From contig CAZIKY010000004.1 of NCBI GenBank assembly GCA_964540065.1, positions 16,306-80,305 on the forward strand: 64,000 nt of DNA, read 5' to 3'. The stretch is from Candidatus Woesearchaeota archaeon. GTDB taxonomy: Archaea; Nanobdellota; Nanobdellia; Pacearchaeales; JAHJTO01. Below, in pieces: positions 1 through 9,292 of the stretch. Position numbers and translations under genes: made by a program. The first letter of the stretch is position 1. Each line of letters starts with the position of its first letter. Under the pieces are notes generated by a model. The model worked only from the letters and a program-made list of their open reading frames with translations. It was not told the origin of the DNA and searched no databases.

Positions 1-1120
1 CATTTAATCCTGCTTCCAAAGCCGCTTTGTACCTTTCATTAGTTGCATCCCCCATCAGATCCAAAGGGTTTCTGATATTTACAGTGTTTGGGAGAGATTT
101 TTTTAGGAGTTTTTCTGATTGCGAGGACAACTTTGCCATTTCAAGGTTCTTAGATTTAGAGATATTATCTGCAGCGACGATCCCATAGCCCCCACCATTT
201 GTTATAATCTGGACCCTTCCGCCTTTAGGCTTCACATTTTTTTCAAATAGAGTAGCAATATGGAACATTTCTTCCAAAGATCCGGCATTTATCACTCCAG
301 TCTGATTGAAGATTCCAAAGAAAACTTCTTTTTTTCCAGCCAGTGCTCCTGTGTGCGATAACGCGGCCTTGCTTCCTTCCTCTGTCAGCCCGCCTTTCAA
401 TGCGATGATCGGTTTCCTCTTGGAAACCTCTTTTACTGTTTTGTAAAATTTCTCGCCATCTTTTATCCCTTCTACATAAAGGCATATGGCTTTAGTGTTT
501 TCATCTTTTCCCAGATATTCCAAAAGATCGGATTCATCGATGTCTGTTGCATTTCCATAACTTATGAATTTAGAAAATTTATGGCCTTGATCCGTTGCAA
601 TGTCAAGAATTGCAGAGCCTATAGCTCCGCTTTGGCATACGAAGCTTATTGCACCCGCAGCAGGTCTTTTTAGTCTGTATCTTGGCAGGAAAAGTGTGTC
701 TAAATTGTTATAGGCATCAAATATCCCGAGGCAATTAACCCCAATAGCCCGCATTTTATTTTTGTTTAAGAATTCCTTGAGTTGGCCTTCGAGTTTATTA
801 TTTCCGACCTCAGAGAATCCCGAGCTTATTATCAGCAAGTCGGATATTTTCTTTTCCTTGCATTCTTTCACTACTCCTAAAACTTTCCCTGCAGGGATAG
901 CAACTACAGCCAAGTCTATCTTTGCTTCAACTTTCTTTACGGATGGATAAGCTCTTTTCCCCAAGATAAGATCTGCATTCGGATTTATCGGGAAAACTTC
1001 GCCCTTGAATCCACCCTTTATGATATTCTTTAGGATTACACTTCCTACTTTGTTTTGATCTCTGGATGCGCCGATAACAGCAATGTTTTTTGGTTTGAAG
1101 AAATTTTCCAAGTTTACCAT
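1..1120 (-). CDS. acetyl-CoA synthetase (ADP-forming) alpha subunit / CoA-binding acyl-CoA synthetase domain protein; N-terminal ~373 codons only, gene runs off window start
   Basis: Reverse-strand frame is open from the ATG at 1120-1118 to position 1. It is absent from the ORF track because it has no stop inside the window. My manual translation starts MVNLENFFKPKNIAVIGASRDQNKVGSVILKNIIKGGFKGEVFPINP... with the CoA-binding Rossmann signature and a succinyl-CoA-synthetase-like flavodoxin region. The start lies 5 nt downstream of the E2 stop. Confidence 0.75.
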   Translation of the reverse strand, partial: MVNLENFFKPKNIAVIGASRDQNKVGSVILKNIIKGGFKGEVFPINPNADLILGKRAYPSVKKVEAKIDLAVVAIPAGKVLGVVKECKEKKISDLLIISSGFSEVGNNKLEGQLKEFLNKNKMRAIGVNCLGIFDAYNNLDTLFLPRYRLKRPAAGAISFVCQSGAIGSAILDIATDQGHKFSKFISYGNATDIDESDLLEYLGKDENTKAICLYVEGIKDGEKFYKTVKEVSKRKPIIALKGGLTEEGSKAALSHTGALAGKKEVFFGIFNQTGVINAGSLEEMFHIATLFEKNVKPKGGRVQIITNGGGYGIVAADNISKSKNLEMAKLSSQSEKLLKKSLPNTVNIRNPLDLMGDATNERYKAALEAGLN

Positions 1121-1125
1121 TCTTT

Positions 1126-2265
1126 TCACTTTTTAGGGATCTTTTCAGGATTTTCCAGCAGGGCTCTAAAGTCTAGTAAGAATCTTGCCAATTCTGCGCC
1201 GTCAAGAATGCGGTGGTCAAATGTTACAGACACTGGGAGGATTTTTCTGCTGGAAACCTTGCCCTTGTCATCTATGGCAAGTCTGTCGAAAATTCTTCCA
1301 GTTCCAAGAATCGCAGACTCTCCGGGATTGATTATGGGGGTTGCGTAATTTCCTATGACCGAGCCATAATTTGTTATCGTGAATGTGCTGCCTTTAAGCT
1401 CCTGAAGATCTATTTTTCTGCTTTTTGCCTTTTCTGAAATCTCTTGGATCTCTTTTGCGATCTGTTCGATGCTTTTATTTTCTGCGATCTTTATTACGGG
1501 GACCATTAATCCTGCATCTGTTTCTACCGCAATCCCCATGTTGTAATATTTCTTGAGGATTATTTCGTCCCCTTCGATTGAAGCATTAAGAAGCGGATGC
1601 TTCTTAAGAGATTCTATGCAAGCTTTTATAATATACGGGAGGAATGTGAGCTTTATCTTTTTCTTCTCGGCAGCTTTCTTTTCCTTTTCCCTCATTCCCC
1701 ATAATCTTGTAACATCGATATCGTCCATTGCAGTTACTTGTGCAGATTCTGTCAAAGATCTCACCATATTTTCTGCGATAGTTTTTCTTATTCCCTTAAG
1801 TGGCACTCTTTCGAGGTAGCCATACTGATCATATTTCTTTTTTACAACTGCTCCTGCTTTAGCTTCTGCCTGGGCTTTAGCCACCATAGGCTTAGCTTGT
1901 CTTATAGAAGGAAGGGTTTCGGTAGGAAATTCTCCTTCTCCGACTTCTATTTCTCCGACCACCGCAGCACCTTTTTCTTTAGGTTTTCCCTCTTTGCCTT
2001 TTTTAGGAGCTTTTTCTTCTTTACTGCCCTTGATTTCAATTAACACGAGGATTTCACCTACTTGAACTGTCTGGCCTTCTTTATATTTTATCTTTGAGAT
2101 CTTCCCAGATTTTGGAGAAGGAAGATCAACAATGGCTTTGTCGGTTTCTACTTGGACGATATTTTGATTTTCCTTAACAACTTCCCCTTCTTTAACTAAC
2201 CACTTGACAACTTCCCCTTCTTTTATTCCCTCTCCAACGTCGGGAAATTTAAATTCATGCATCAT
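1126..2265 (-). CDS. dihydrolipoamide acyltransferase (E2 component of pyruvate/2-oxoacid dehydrogenase complex)
   Basis: N-terminal lipoyl domain with the lipoyl-lysine motif (VQVETDKAIVDLPSPKSG). A Pro/Lys/Ala-rich linker and E3-binding region follow. The C-terminal catalytic domain carries DHRILDGAELARFL. Confidence 0.9.
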   Translation of the reverse strand: MMHEFKFPDVGEGIKEGEVVKWLVKEGEVVKENQNIVQVETDKAIVDLPSPKSGKISKIKYKEGQTVQVGEILVLIEIKGSKEEKAPKKGKEGKPKEKGAAVVGEIEVGEGEFPTETLPSIRQAKPMVAKAQAEAKAGAVVKKKYDQYGYLERVPLKGIRKTIAENMVRSLTESAQVTAMDDIDVTRLWGMREKEKKAAEKKKIKLTFLPYIIKACIESLKKHPLLNASIEGDEIILKKYYNMGIAVETDAGLMVPVIKIAENKSIEQIAKEIQEISEKAKSRKIDLQELKGSTFTITNYGSVIGNYATPIINPGESAILGTGRIFDRLAIDDKGKVSSRKILPVSVTFDHRILDGAELARFLLDFRALLENPEKIPKK

Positions 2266-2266
2266 T

Positions 2267-3247
2267 TTACTCTTTTTTATTTTTCATCACCTTTTTTATT
2301 CCATCCGCAATCTTTTGATGGCTTACAAAATCATAATGTTCATACTTCCTTAAGGGCATGACTATATCATATCCTGTTAATCTCAATGGGGGAGCCTTTA
2401 GAGAGTTAAATGCTTTTTCATTTATCCTTGCGATTATTTCAGATGCAACTCCCAGAGTTCTTGGAGCTTCATGGACAATAAGGGCTCTCCCAGTTTTTTT
2501 CACCGAGTCGATTATTGTTTCGGTATCCATCGGAGATATTGTCCTTAAGTCAATAAGTTCAACATCCACATCAGTAAGCTGAGAAACAACTTCGAGAGAG
2601 GACTTTACGAGAGACCCATAGGTTATTAGTGTTAAATCTGTTCCTTCTTTAACAACTCTCGCTTTTCCTATAGGGATAGTATACTCTTTTTCAGGAACTT
2701 CCTGTTTTATTGCCCGGTAAACTTTCTTAGGCTCAAAGAAGATTACCGGATCCGGATCCCTTATTGCTGAAACCATGAGCCCCTTTGCATCATAAGGATT
2801 GGATGGCATTACAACCTTCAATCCGGGCGTATGGACAAAATAACTTTCTGGAGAATCTGAATGGTGTTCCAAGGCCTTAATCCCCCCACCAATAGGACAC
2901 CTGATAACCATCGGAACCGTGAATCTGCCCCTTGTCCTATTTCTTATTCTTGAAGCGTGATTGGCTATCTGATCAAGCGCGGGAAGAATAAATCCTTCAA
3001 ACTGTATTTCTGCTACGGGCTTGAGACCACCCATGGCCATTCCAATCGAAGATCCAATAATTCCTACTTCGGCTAAGGGAGAATCAATTACACGATTATC
3101 TCCGTATTTTTTTGCGAGGCCGTCCGTAACTCTGAAAACCCCTCCATCCTCTCCAACATCCTCTCCGATTATAACGACACTTTTGTCCTTAGCCATCTCC
3201 TGCTTAAGTGCAAGATTAATTGCTTCAACCATTGTAATCTTAGGCAT
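2267..3247 (-). CDS. 2-oxoacid (pyruvate) dehydrogenase E1 component beta subunit
   Basis: 326 aa with transketolase-like pyrimidine-binding and C-terminal domains (VVIIGEDVGEDGGVFRVTDGL, FFEPKKVY). Sits in the operon between E2 and E1alpha. Confidence 0.9.
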   Translation of the reverse strand: MPKITMVEAINLALKQEMAKDKSVVIIGEDVGEDGGVFRVTDGLAKKYGDNRVIDSPLAEVGIIGSSIGMAMGGLKPVAEIQFEGFILPALDQIANHASRIRNRTRGRFTVPMVIRCPIGGGIKALEHHSDSPESYFVHTPGLKVVMPSNPYDAKGLMVSAIRDPDPVIFFEPKKVYRAIKQEVPEKEYTIPIGKARVVKEGTDLTLITYGSLVKSSLEVVSQLTDVDVELIDLRTISPMDTETIIDSVKKTGRALIVHEAPRTLGVASEIIARINEKAFNSLKAPPLRLTGYDIVMPLRKYEHYDFVSHQKIADGIKKVMKNKKE

Positions 3248-4133
3248 ATTTCACCTCTTCTTTAGGATGATGGAGATCAAAACTCATAACCCCGTTCTTG
3301 TAGATGAATACTTTGGATACAACTTTCAGTGCTTTTTCTTTTGCTTCTGCACGGCTTATCTCGCCATATCTCTTTCCTCTCCTCTCAAGAATTTCTTGGA
3401 TAGATATTACTTCCAAATCTTCCTTGCTGTATCCGCAGGCAGGAATAAATCTGAAGCCTTTGGTGGCTTCCCGATTAATGAATAATGAAAGTCCATTATA
3501 CATAAAGTCGAAGTTCGCGAATGCAGCCACTTTTGATCCCACTTTAAGCCCATATCTGCCTGCAATATCTGGGAAAGCCTCTCTTTCAAGATAGACATCT
3601 CTTTTGTCCTCTGTATCCTGCGGATTTTTGGCTTGTACATCTTCTACTCCGAGATTTTGAGAAAGATGTTTCATTACCAAATCAAGTCGGTGCTGGCCTT
3701 CTAAGGGATTTTTTATTCCTGCTTTTTTACAGTCTGCTACAAAGTGAATGATAAGCTGGCCGGGGCCAAGATATGCTGGTCCGCCAGGCCTTTCAGATAG
3801 TGAGAAATCCAAACCGTATTTTGATAAGTGCTCTTTTACTCTTTCTGGATTTTCATACGGTTTTAACACATTCAATGCTTTATCTAGGAAAAAATTATTC
3901 TTGGGTTTTCTTCCAAAATCTATTGTTGGCAGGTGCTCCATGAAAAGTATAAGATCTTTGTATCGGGGATTCTGTTTCCTTATTTCTACTATCTCTGCTT
4001 CGGCTCTTAATACCTCAGAATAATTTGTTTGCCCCAAGTCAATTGATATTGCATCTACCTCCAAATCTTTGGTAGACTCAAGAACATGAAGAAGTTTCTG
4101 ACTCATTTCTGATACTCTCTTTTCCAAGTTCAT
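3240..4133 (-). CDS. lipoate-protein ligase / octanoyltransferase family protein (BPL_LplA_LipB catalytic domain)
   Basis: 297 aa with RPGGPAYLGPGQL, close to the LipB/LplA RGGxxTYHGPGQ signature. Embedded between E1alpha and E1beta with 4- and 8-nt overlaps. Confidence 0.6.
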   Translation of the reverse strand: MNLEKRVSEMSQKLLHVLESTKDLEVDAISIDLGQTNYSEVLRAEAEIVEIRKQNPRYKDLILFMEHLPTIDFGRKPKNNFFLDKALNVLKPYENPERVKEHLSKYGLDFSLSERPGGPAYLGPGQLIIHFVADCKKAGIKNPLEGQHRLDLVMKHLSQNLGVEDVQAKNPQDTEDKRDVYLEREAFPDIAGRYGLKVGSKVAAFANFDFMYNGLSLFINREATKGFRFIPACGYSKEDLEVISIQEILERRGKRYGEISRAEAKEKALKVVSKVFIYKNGVMSFDLHHPKEEVKYA

Positions 4134-5197
4134 CTTGCCTCCTCTTTTGCTTCTTTTTTCTGCTCTTCAAGATAAGGCGGAAGAGCTTCGAAAGTGTAAT
4201 CGAAAATCTCGTCAACTTCCATCGGTTTAACAGATTCAGCTTTTTTCACTGCTTCACTGACAGTTTTTTCAGCCCACTTTTTTATTTTTGATTCATAAGC
4301 AGGAGTTAAAAGCTTTTTGCGGGCCATGTACTTTTTCAGACGATCAATCGGATCTTTCTTTTCCCATTCTCTCACTTCTTTCTCGCTTCGGTATTTTTTC
4401 CAGTCATCTGAAGTGGTGTGATGATCCCTTCTGTAGGTTAAACACTCGATAAATGTTGGACCTTTTCCAGACCTTGCCTTGTCCATCGCTTCCTTTGTTG
4501 CTTTGTAGACTGCAAAAACATCATTCCCATCCACTTTTATTCCTTCGAATCCATAGGCAAGCGCCTTTTGTGCGAGTGTTTCAGAGGCAGTCTGTTCACT
4601 TACCGGAACAGATATCGCCCATTGATTGTTCTGACAAATGAAAACTACTGGGGCTTTGAATGTTCCTGCGAAATTGAAAGATTCATGAAAATCTCCCTTT
4701 GATGTTGCACCATCTCCGAAGTAAGTTGCAACTGCCGCCTTCTTTTTTTGATGTTTAAATGCCATTGCCATTCCGATTGCATGCGGGATATGTGTGCCAA
4801 CCGGAATTGAAATGCTGAACATGTTTACATTTTTTGGAATCTGCATTCCCCTTTCATCTCCAATCCAGAAGAGCATCAGAGTTTCTGTGGGCATTCCCCT
4901 TGAAAGGTATACTCCCTGCTCTCTAAAGGAAGGGAAAACAAAATCCTCTTTTTTCATCGCCAGCGCGGAGCCTATTTGGGCAGCTTCCTGGCCAAGAGAA
5001 GAGGCGTAAGTCCCGCATCTTCCTTGCCTTTGAAGCTTAACCGCAAAATCATCAAATGTCCTGAGAAGAACCATCTGTTCATACATCTTTTTTATCTGTG
5101 AAGAAGAAAGCTTCGGCATAAGCTTAGAATCTATATTTCCCTCTTCATCAAGGATCTGCAAATACTTCACCTCAAATTTTTCTACTACTTTCTCCAT
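4130..5197 (-). CDS. 2-oxoacid (pyruvate) dehydrogenase E1 component alpha subunit (TPP-dependent)
   Basis: 355 aa with the TPP-binding region YFGDGATSKGDFHESFNFA and the YRRDHHTTSDD loop typical of E1alpha. First gene of the operon. Confidence 0.9.
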   Translation of the reverse strand: MEKVVEKFEVKYLQILDEEGNIDSKLMPKLSSSQIKKMYEQMVLLRTFDDFAVKLQRQGRCGTYASSLGQEAAQIGSALAMKKEDFVFPSFREQGVYLSRGMPTETLMLFWIGDERGMQIPKNVNMFSISIPVGTHIPHAIGMAMAFKHQKKKAAVATYFGDGATSKGDFHESFNFAGTFKAPVVFICQNNQWAISVPVSEQTASETLAQKALAYGFEGIKVDGNDVFAVYKATKEAMDKARSGKGPTFIECLTYRRDHHTTSDDWKKYRSEKEVREWEKKDPIDRLKKYMARKKLLTPAYESKIKKWAEKTVSEAVKKAESVKPMEVDEIFDYTFEALPPYLEEQKKEAKEEAR

Positions 5198-5207
5198 CTT
5201 TTATGAT

Positions 5208-5507
5208 CTATTTTCCAAGAGCCCACTCTTTCAATCGAGAATATGGAACTGCTCCGCAGATAGAATCTTTTGTTTTTTCATTGTAGAAGAATGGAACTCC
5301 CCCGCATAATCCGTCGTCGTATTTCTGCCTTAATGCATCATTCTTTGCATTATGCCAGCATTCTATCAGCTTGACCTTTACTTTTTCCTCTTTTTCCAGT
5401 TTTTTGACAAGCGGCATCATTGTGTGGCAATGGACACATTCCGTGCCGTAGAACATCAACAAACCTGACTCTTTAGATCCAGATTTTTTAGCTGCAGCCA
5501 TTTTCAC
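5208..5507 (-). CDS. thioredoxin/glutaredoxin-like small redox protein
   Basis: 99 aa with a CVHC dithiol motif near the N-terminus and a second Cys pair (thioredoxin-fold pattern). Confidence 0.55.
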   Translation of the reverse strand: MKMAAAKKSGSKESGLLMFYGTECVHCHTMMPLVKKLEKEEKVKVKLIECWHNAKNDALRQKYDDGLCGGVPFFYNEKTKDSICGAVPYSRLKEWALGK

Positions 5508-5591
5508 CCCATTTATGTTTATATTAAATCAAATTCATATATAAACTATTCGCTCAGATAGCAATTTAAACTCCAAATTCTTGTTTTTTGC

Positions 5592-5810
5592 ATGCCTTCC
5601 ATAGAATTTTGGGCCGCGACATTTGAACTTATTGGAACCTTGCTGATTGCTTTAAGTGCCTTGCTGGTCCATTTAAAGGTAAGCAAAGAGAAGGCTATTG
5701 ATAGAGGCGTTATACAAGAAATAAATCTTGAGAGGTATGCTGCTATCTTTGGGATAGTCTTTCTTTTAGTTGGTTATCTTTTTCATCTAAAGCTTTTTAA
5801 CACAGTATAA
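5592..5810 (+). CDS. small predicted 2-TM membrane protein (unknown)
   Basis: 72 aa with two hydrophobic helices. Resembles the 67-aa ORF at 6487-6690 (LVGYLFHLKLF vs LAGYLFYEAFQL). Confidence 0.3.
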   Translation: MPSIEFWAATFELIGTLLIALSALLVHLKVSKEKAIDRGVIQEINLERYAAIFGIVFLLVGYLFHLKLFNTV

Positions 5811-5849
5811 TTAAACAAAATATTTAAGCAATAAACTTATAGGATAAAT

Positions 5850-6470
5850 ATGGGAGAGGTGTATGATGCTCATAAGTCTGAGCAGTTTTTGGGAAAGTTT
5901 GTTCAAGTTGCGAAAGGGCAGCTTGTCAAGGAAGCAAGCGAGATCAAGATAAATGTTCCGCTTGTCTTAAAAATAGTCTCCCCAGATGCTATCCATAAGA
6001 GCGATGTTGGAGGGGTTGAGATTGTAAGATCTAAAGATGAGCTTGAAAGCTCATTTAATCGCTTGGTTTCAATTTCAAAGAAGAGAAAGCTTAAGCTTAG
6101 AGGAATCCTTGCCCAAAAATTCTATGAGGGGCAGGAAGTTATAATTGGGATCAAGAAAGATGAAACCTTCGGTCATGTTATACTTCTTGGCTTGGGAGGA
6201 ATTTTTACCGAGGTTCTTGAGGATACGAGCATCAGGAAATGCCCTATTTCAAAAGAAGATGCCGAAGAAATGATCTCTGAGCTTAAGGCTCACAAGGTTT
6301 TCGAGGGATTCAGGGGGAAGAAGCTCGATGCCGATTTACTTAAGAAAACACTTGTAAAAGTTTCTGAGATTCCTATTAAGTACAAGAAAATAAAGGAGCT
6401 GGACATCAATCCCTTTATTTTAGATGAAAAATCTGGGACTGCAGTTGATGCAAGAATAGTTTTTGATTGA
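5850..6470 (+). CDS. acetyl-CoA synthetase (ADP-forming) beta subunit (ATP-grasp domain)
   Basis: 206 aa with an ATP-grasp fold pattern (KIVSPDAIHKSDVGGVEI ... IILLGLGGIFTEVLED) typical of archaeal ACD beta. Partner alpha subunit is at 1-1120. Confidence 0.75.
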   Translation: MGEVYDAHKSEQFLGKFVQVAKGQLVKEASEIKINVPLVLKIVSPDAIHKSDVGGVEIVRSKDELESSFNRLVSISKKRKLKLRGILAQKFYEGQEVIIGIKKDETFGHVILLGLGGIFTEVLEDTSIRKCPISKEDAEEMISELKAHKVFEGFRGKKLDADLLKKTLVKVSEIPIKYKKIKELDINPFILDEKSGTAVDARIVFD

Positions 6471-6486
6471 TTTATTGATTCTCTCT

Positions 6487-6690
6487 TTATTTGTTTTTAA
6501 GCCCGCATGAAAGCTGGAAGGCCTCATAGAAAAGATATCCTGCAAGAATTAGGACAAACATTGAGAACCCTAAAGGGATATCCCATGTTCCAATTCTTGC
6601 TGGCCAGGCCATTATTAGCCTGGCAAGGTGAACAATAGAGATTAGCAAAAATAATATTCCGGTGGATACTACGTAAGTTTTCAACCTCAT
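6487..6690 (-). CDS. small predicted 2-TM membrane protein (unknown; paralog of 5592-5810)
   Basis: 67 aa, two hydrophobic helices. Confidence 0.3.
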   Translation of the reverse strand: MRLKTYVVSTGILFLLISIVHLARLIMAWPARIGTWDIPLGFSMFVLILAGYLFYEAFQLSCGLKNK

Positions 6691-6743
6691 TTTAATTTTT
6701 AATGTTTGATTAAGTATTTAAATCTTTAAGGAAATTCTGTAGT

Positions 6744-7220
6744 ATGGTTGAATTAAATGTAGGGCAGAAGGCTCCAGATTTTTCTTTAGTAAATCAAGAT
6801 GGCAAGAAAGCCGGTCTTTCTAATTTCAAAGGTAAATGGCTTGTCCTTTATTTCTATCCTAAAGACAGCACCCCGGGGTGTACAATTGAAGGGATAGAAT
6901 TCTCTTCTGTTCTAAAGGATCTTGAGAAAATGAATGCGGCTGTTGCAGGAGTCAGCAGAGATTCGGTTGAGAGCCATTGCAAATTCATTAAGGCTCAAAA
7001 TCTTAAAGTGATGCTTTTGAGCGATCCTGAAAAAGAAGCTATAGAAAAATATGGTGTTTGGCAGAAGAAAAAATTCATGGGCAGGGAGTTTATGGGAATT
7101 GTAAGGAGCACTTTCTTGATAGATCCCAAGGGAGAAATTGCGTATATTTGGCCGAAAGTTCAAGCTAAAGGACATGCTCTAGAGGTCAAGGAGAAGCTTG
7201 CTGAGCTTCAGGAGAAATAA
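6744..7220 (+). CDS. bcp: peroxiredoxin (Bcp-type thiol peroxidase)
   Basis: 158 aa with APDFSL...GKWLVLYFYPKDSTPGCT, the peroxidatic Cys in the PxxxTxxC motif. Confidence 0.85.
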   Translation: MVELNVGQKAPDFSLVNQDGKKAGLSNFKGKWLVLYFYPKDSTPGCTIEGIEFSSVLKDLEKMNAAVAGVSRDSVESHCKFIKAQNLKVMLLSDPEKEAIEKYGVWQKKKFMGREFMGIVRSTFLIDPKGEIAYIWPKVQAKGHALEVKEKLAELQEK

Positions 7221-7723
7221 TGGCGAAGATAGATATGAGGGGAAGAATAAGCGGCGGACTTTTGATGTACCGCGGAAAGGGGGATTCTATTGAAGTCTTT
7301 TTAGGGCATCCTGGAGGGCCTTTCTGGAGCAAGAAAGATGACGGGGCTTGGGACATTCCAAAAGGAGAAATTAGCGGCGAGGAAAATAAGCTTAACGCTG
7401 CGATAAGGGAATTTGAGGAAGAGACAGGAATTGATGTTAAAGATCATCAAGACAAATTTGTGGATCTTGGGGAGTTCAAAAGGAAAGACGGAAAACTGAT
7501 CCATGTCTGGGCTTTTGAAAATGGAAATATCGAGAAGTTTAACCCGCAGAGCTTTGTTGAGCTCGAATGGCCTCCTAAGAGCGGAAAAATGGTCAAATTC
7601 CCCGAGATAGATAAGGCCGAGTTTTTTACCTTAGAAGTCGCAGAGAAAAAAGGAAACACTGCAGCAAAAGAATTCGTCAAGAGGCTGAAAGAAAAGCTTG
7701 AAAGCTCTAAGAATAAAAATTAA
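7220..7723 (+). CDS. NUDIX hydrolase
   Basis: Nudix box GEISGEENKLNAAIREFEEETGI (GX5EX7REUXEEXGU). The start ATG overlaps the bcp stop. Confidence 0.8.
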   Translation: MAKIDMRGRISGGLLMYRGKGDSIEVFLGHPGGPFWSKKDDGAWDIPKGEISGEENKLNAAIREFEEETGIDVKDHQDKFVDLGEFKRKDGKLIHVWAFENGNIEKFNPQSFVELEWPPKSGKMVKFPEIDKAEFFTLEVAEKKGNTAAKEFVKRLKEKLESSKNKN

Positions 7724-7732
7724 AATTCTGTT

Positions 7733-8521
7733 TTATTTCAAACCCAAGGATCTTGCGCCGAAAGCGACGCATCTCATGCCTACTGAGCTGTAAACAACAT
7801 CTTCATTGAAGAACTGCGGGTTTTCGCCTTCTGCTGCACCAATTACATAAAGCAGCGGGAGATAATGATCATTTGTTGGATGGGCAAGTGTAGATTGGGG
7901 ATATTCTGTATAATTGATGAGTTTTTCATAATCTTTTTTGTCAAGATTATTCTTTACAATTTTGTCAAAATTTACTGCCCAGCTGAAGGGCTTGCCAGAA
8001 TAGTTCATCATCATTAAGTTATGCACTAGATTTCCACTCCCCACTATTAAAACCCCTTTCTTCCTGAGCTCACTGAGCTCTTTGCCTACTTTGAAAATTT
8101 TTTTGAGAGGAAGCTGATAATCTAAGCTTAATTGCAGAACTGGAATATCTGCTTTAGGATACATATGTACGAGGAAAGACCAAGTTCCATGATCCAACCC
8201 CCATTCATGATCTGAAGCAACTTCAACTGTTTTCACAGATTCTTTTATTTCTTTTGCGAGCTTTGTGGAGCCTTTCGCAGAATATTTCATCTTGTAAAGC
8301 GGCTCTGGAAAGCCATAGAAATCGTGGATCGTTTTTGGCTTAGGCATCGCAGTAACTGCCGTGCCCTCTTTTATCCAATGAGCTGAGATGCAGAGGATGG
8401 ATTTTGGTTTTGGAATTCTTTTTGCAGCTCTTTCCCAGTTAAGACTGAACTTGTTTTTTTCAAGGGCATTCATAGGAGATCCGTGCCCTATGAATAACGC
8501 CGGCATCTTTTGGTTGCTCAT
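7733..8521 (-). CDS. extradiol ring-cleavage dioxygenase, class III subunit B family (LigB/YgiD-like)
   Basis: 262 aa. N-terminus MPALFIGHGSPMNA and the His pattern are typical of the YgiD/4,5-DOPA dioxygenase family. Confidence 0.75.
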   Translation of the reverse strand: MSNQKMPALFIGHGSPMNALEKNKFSLNWERAAKRIPKPKSILCISAHWIKEGTAVTAMPKPKTIHDFYGFPEPLYKMKYSAKGSTKLAKEIKESVKTVEVASDHEWGLDHGTWSFLVHMYPKADIPVLQLSLDYQLPLKKIFKVGKELSELRKKGVLIVGSGNLVHNLMMMNYSGKPFSWAVNFDKIVKNNLDKKDYEKLINYTEYPQSTLAHPTNDHYLPLLYVIGAAEGENPQFFNEDVVYSSVGMRCVAFGARSLGLK

Positions 8522-8631
8522 CTTACCTCTTTTTTCTATAGCTTATTTTACTTCTCTTAGTAAACGCAGGTATTTATGCTTTCTTATTTTCAGATCTTAA
8601 AGTTTTTATACCTCATTTTCTTTTTCAGATT

Positions 8632-9201
8632 ATGGTTTTAACGCCATCGGCTAAAAAATTGAAAAATGGTGATCGTGCCCCAGAATTTTCATTAATGAAT
8701 GTAGATGGGAAAACTGTGAGCCTTAGCAACTTTAAGGATCATCCAGTTGTTGTAATTTTTATGTGCAATCACTGCCCATACGTCAAGGCAAAGATTGAGG
8801 AGATTGCAGATATACAGGATAATTATAGAAAACAGGGCGTTGTTGTTATTGGTATAAATTCTAATGATCCTACAGATTATCCTGAAGATGGTTTTGATAA
8901 CATGAAACTTTTTGCAGAGGAATGGGGGCTCAAGTATTACCTTGTGGATCCTACGCAGGAAGTTGCAAGGGCTTATGGCGCTTCATGCACCCCAGACCCC
9001 TTTGTTTTTAACTCTGCCCATAGGCTTGTTTATCATGGAAGGATAAATGACGCCATGGAGCCAGGCCAGAAACCAAAACATCACGATATTAAGCATGTTC
9101 TGGGCCACATTTTAGAGCATTCAGAAGATAAGATTGAAAAGTGGTTTGTTCCAAGTATCGGCTGCAGCATAAAATGGAAAGGCTCTTCTGAACAGACTTG
9201 A
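8632..9201 (+). CDS. thioredoxin-fold thiol-disulfide oxidoreductase (TlpA/redoxin-like)
   Basis: 189 aa with a CNHCP active-site motif in an AhpC/TSA-redoxin context (VVVIFMCNHCPYV). Confidence 0.7.
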   Translation: MVLTPSAKKLKNGDRAPEFSLMNVDGKTVSLSNFKDHPVVVIFMCNHCPYVKAKIEEIADIQDNYRKQGVVVIGINSNDPTDYPEDGFDNMKLFAEEWGLKYYLVDPTQEVARAYGASCTPDPFVFNSAHRLVYHGRINDAMEPGQKPKHHDIKHVLGHILEHSEDKIEKWFVPSIGCSIKWKGSSEQT

Positions 9202-9292
9202 TTTAAGTTTTGCGATCGCATATATGATTACCACTTCTGAACTGGAACTTTTTTTGATAAGGTTTAAATATGATATTTATGACTTTTAATAC

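Noticed and set aside
243-950. ORF-track entries 243-485 (-) and 762-950 (+) at the window start
   Set aside because: They lie inside, and out of frame with or antisense to, the long minus-strand ACD-alpha reading frame that runs from 1120 to the window edge. Their translations are low-complexity and Arg-rich, so they are spurious.
3021-3594. Plus-strand ORFs 3021-3485 and 3304-3594 overlapping the E1beta and lipoate ligase genes
   Set aside because: Antisense to well-supported coding regions and not conserved-looking. The same applies to most short ORFs in the track that overlap longer called genes on the opposite strand.
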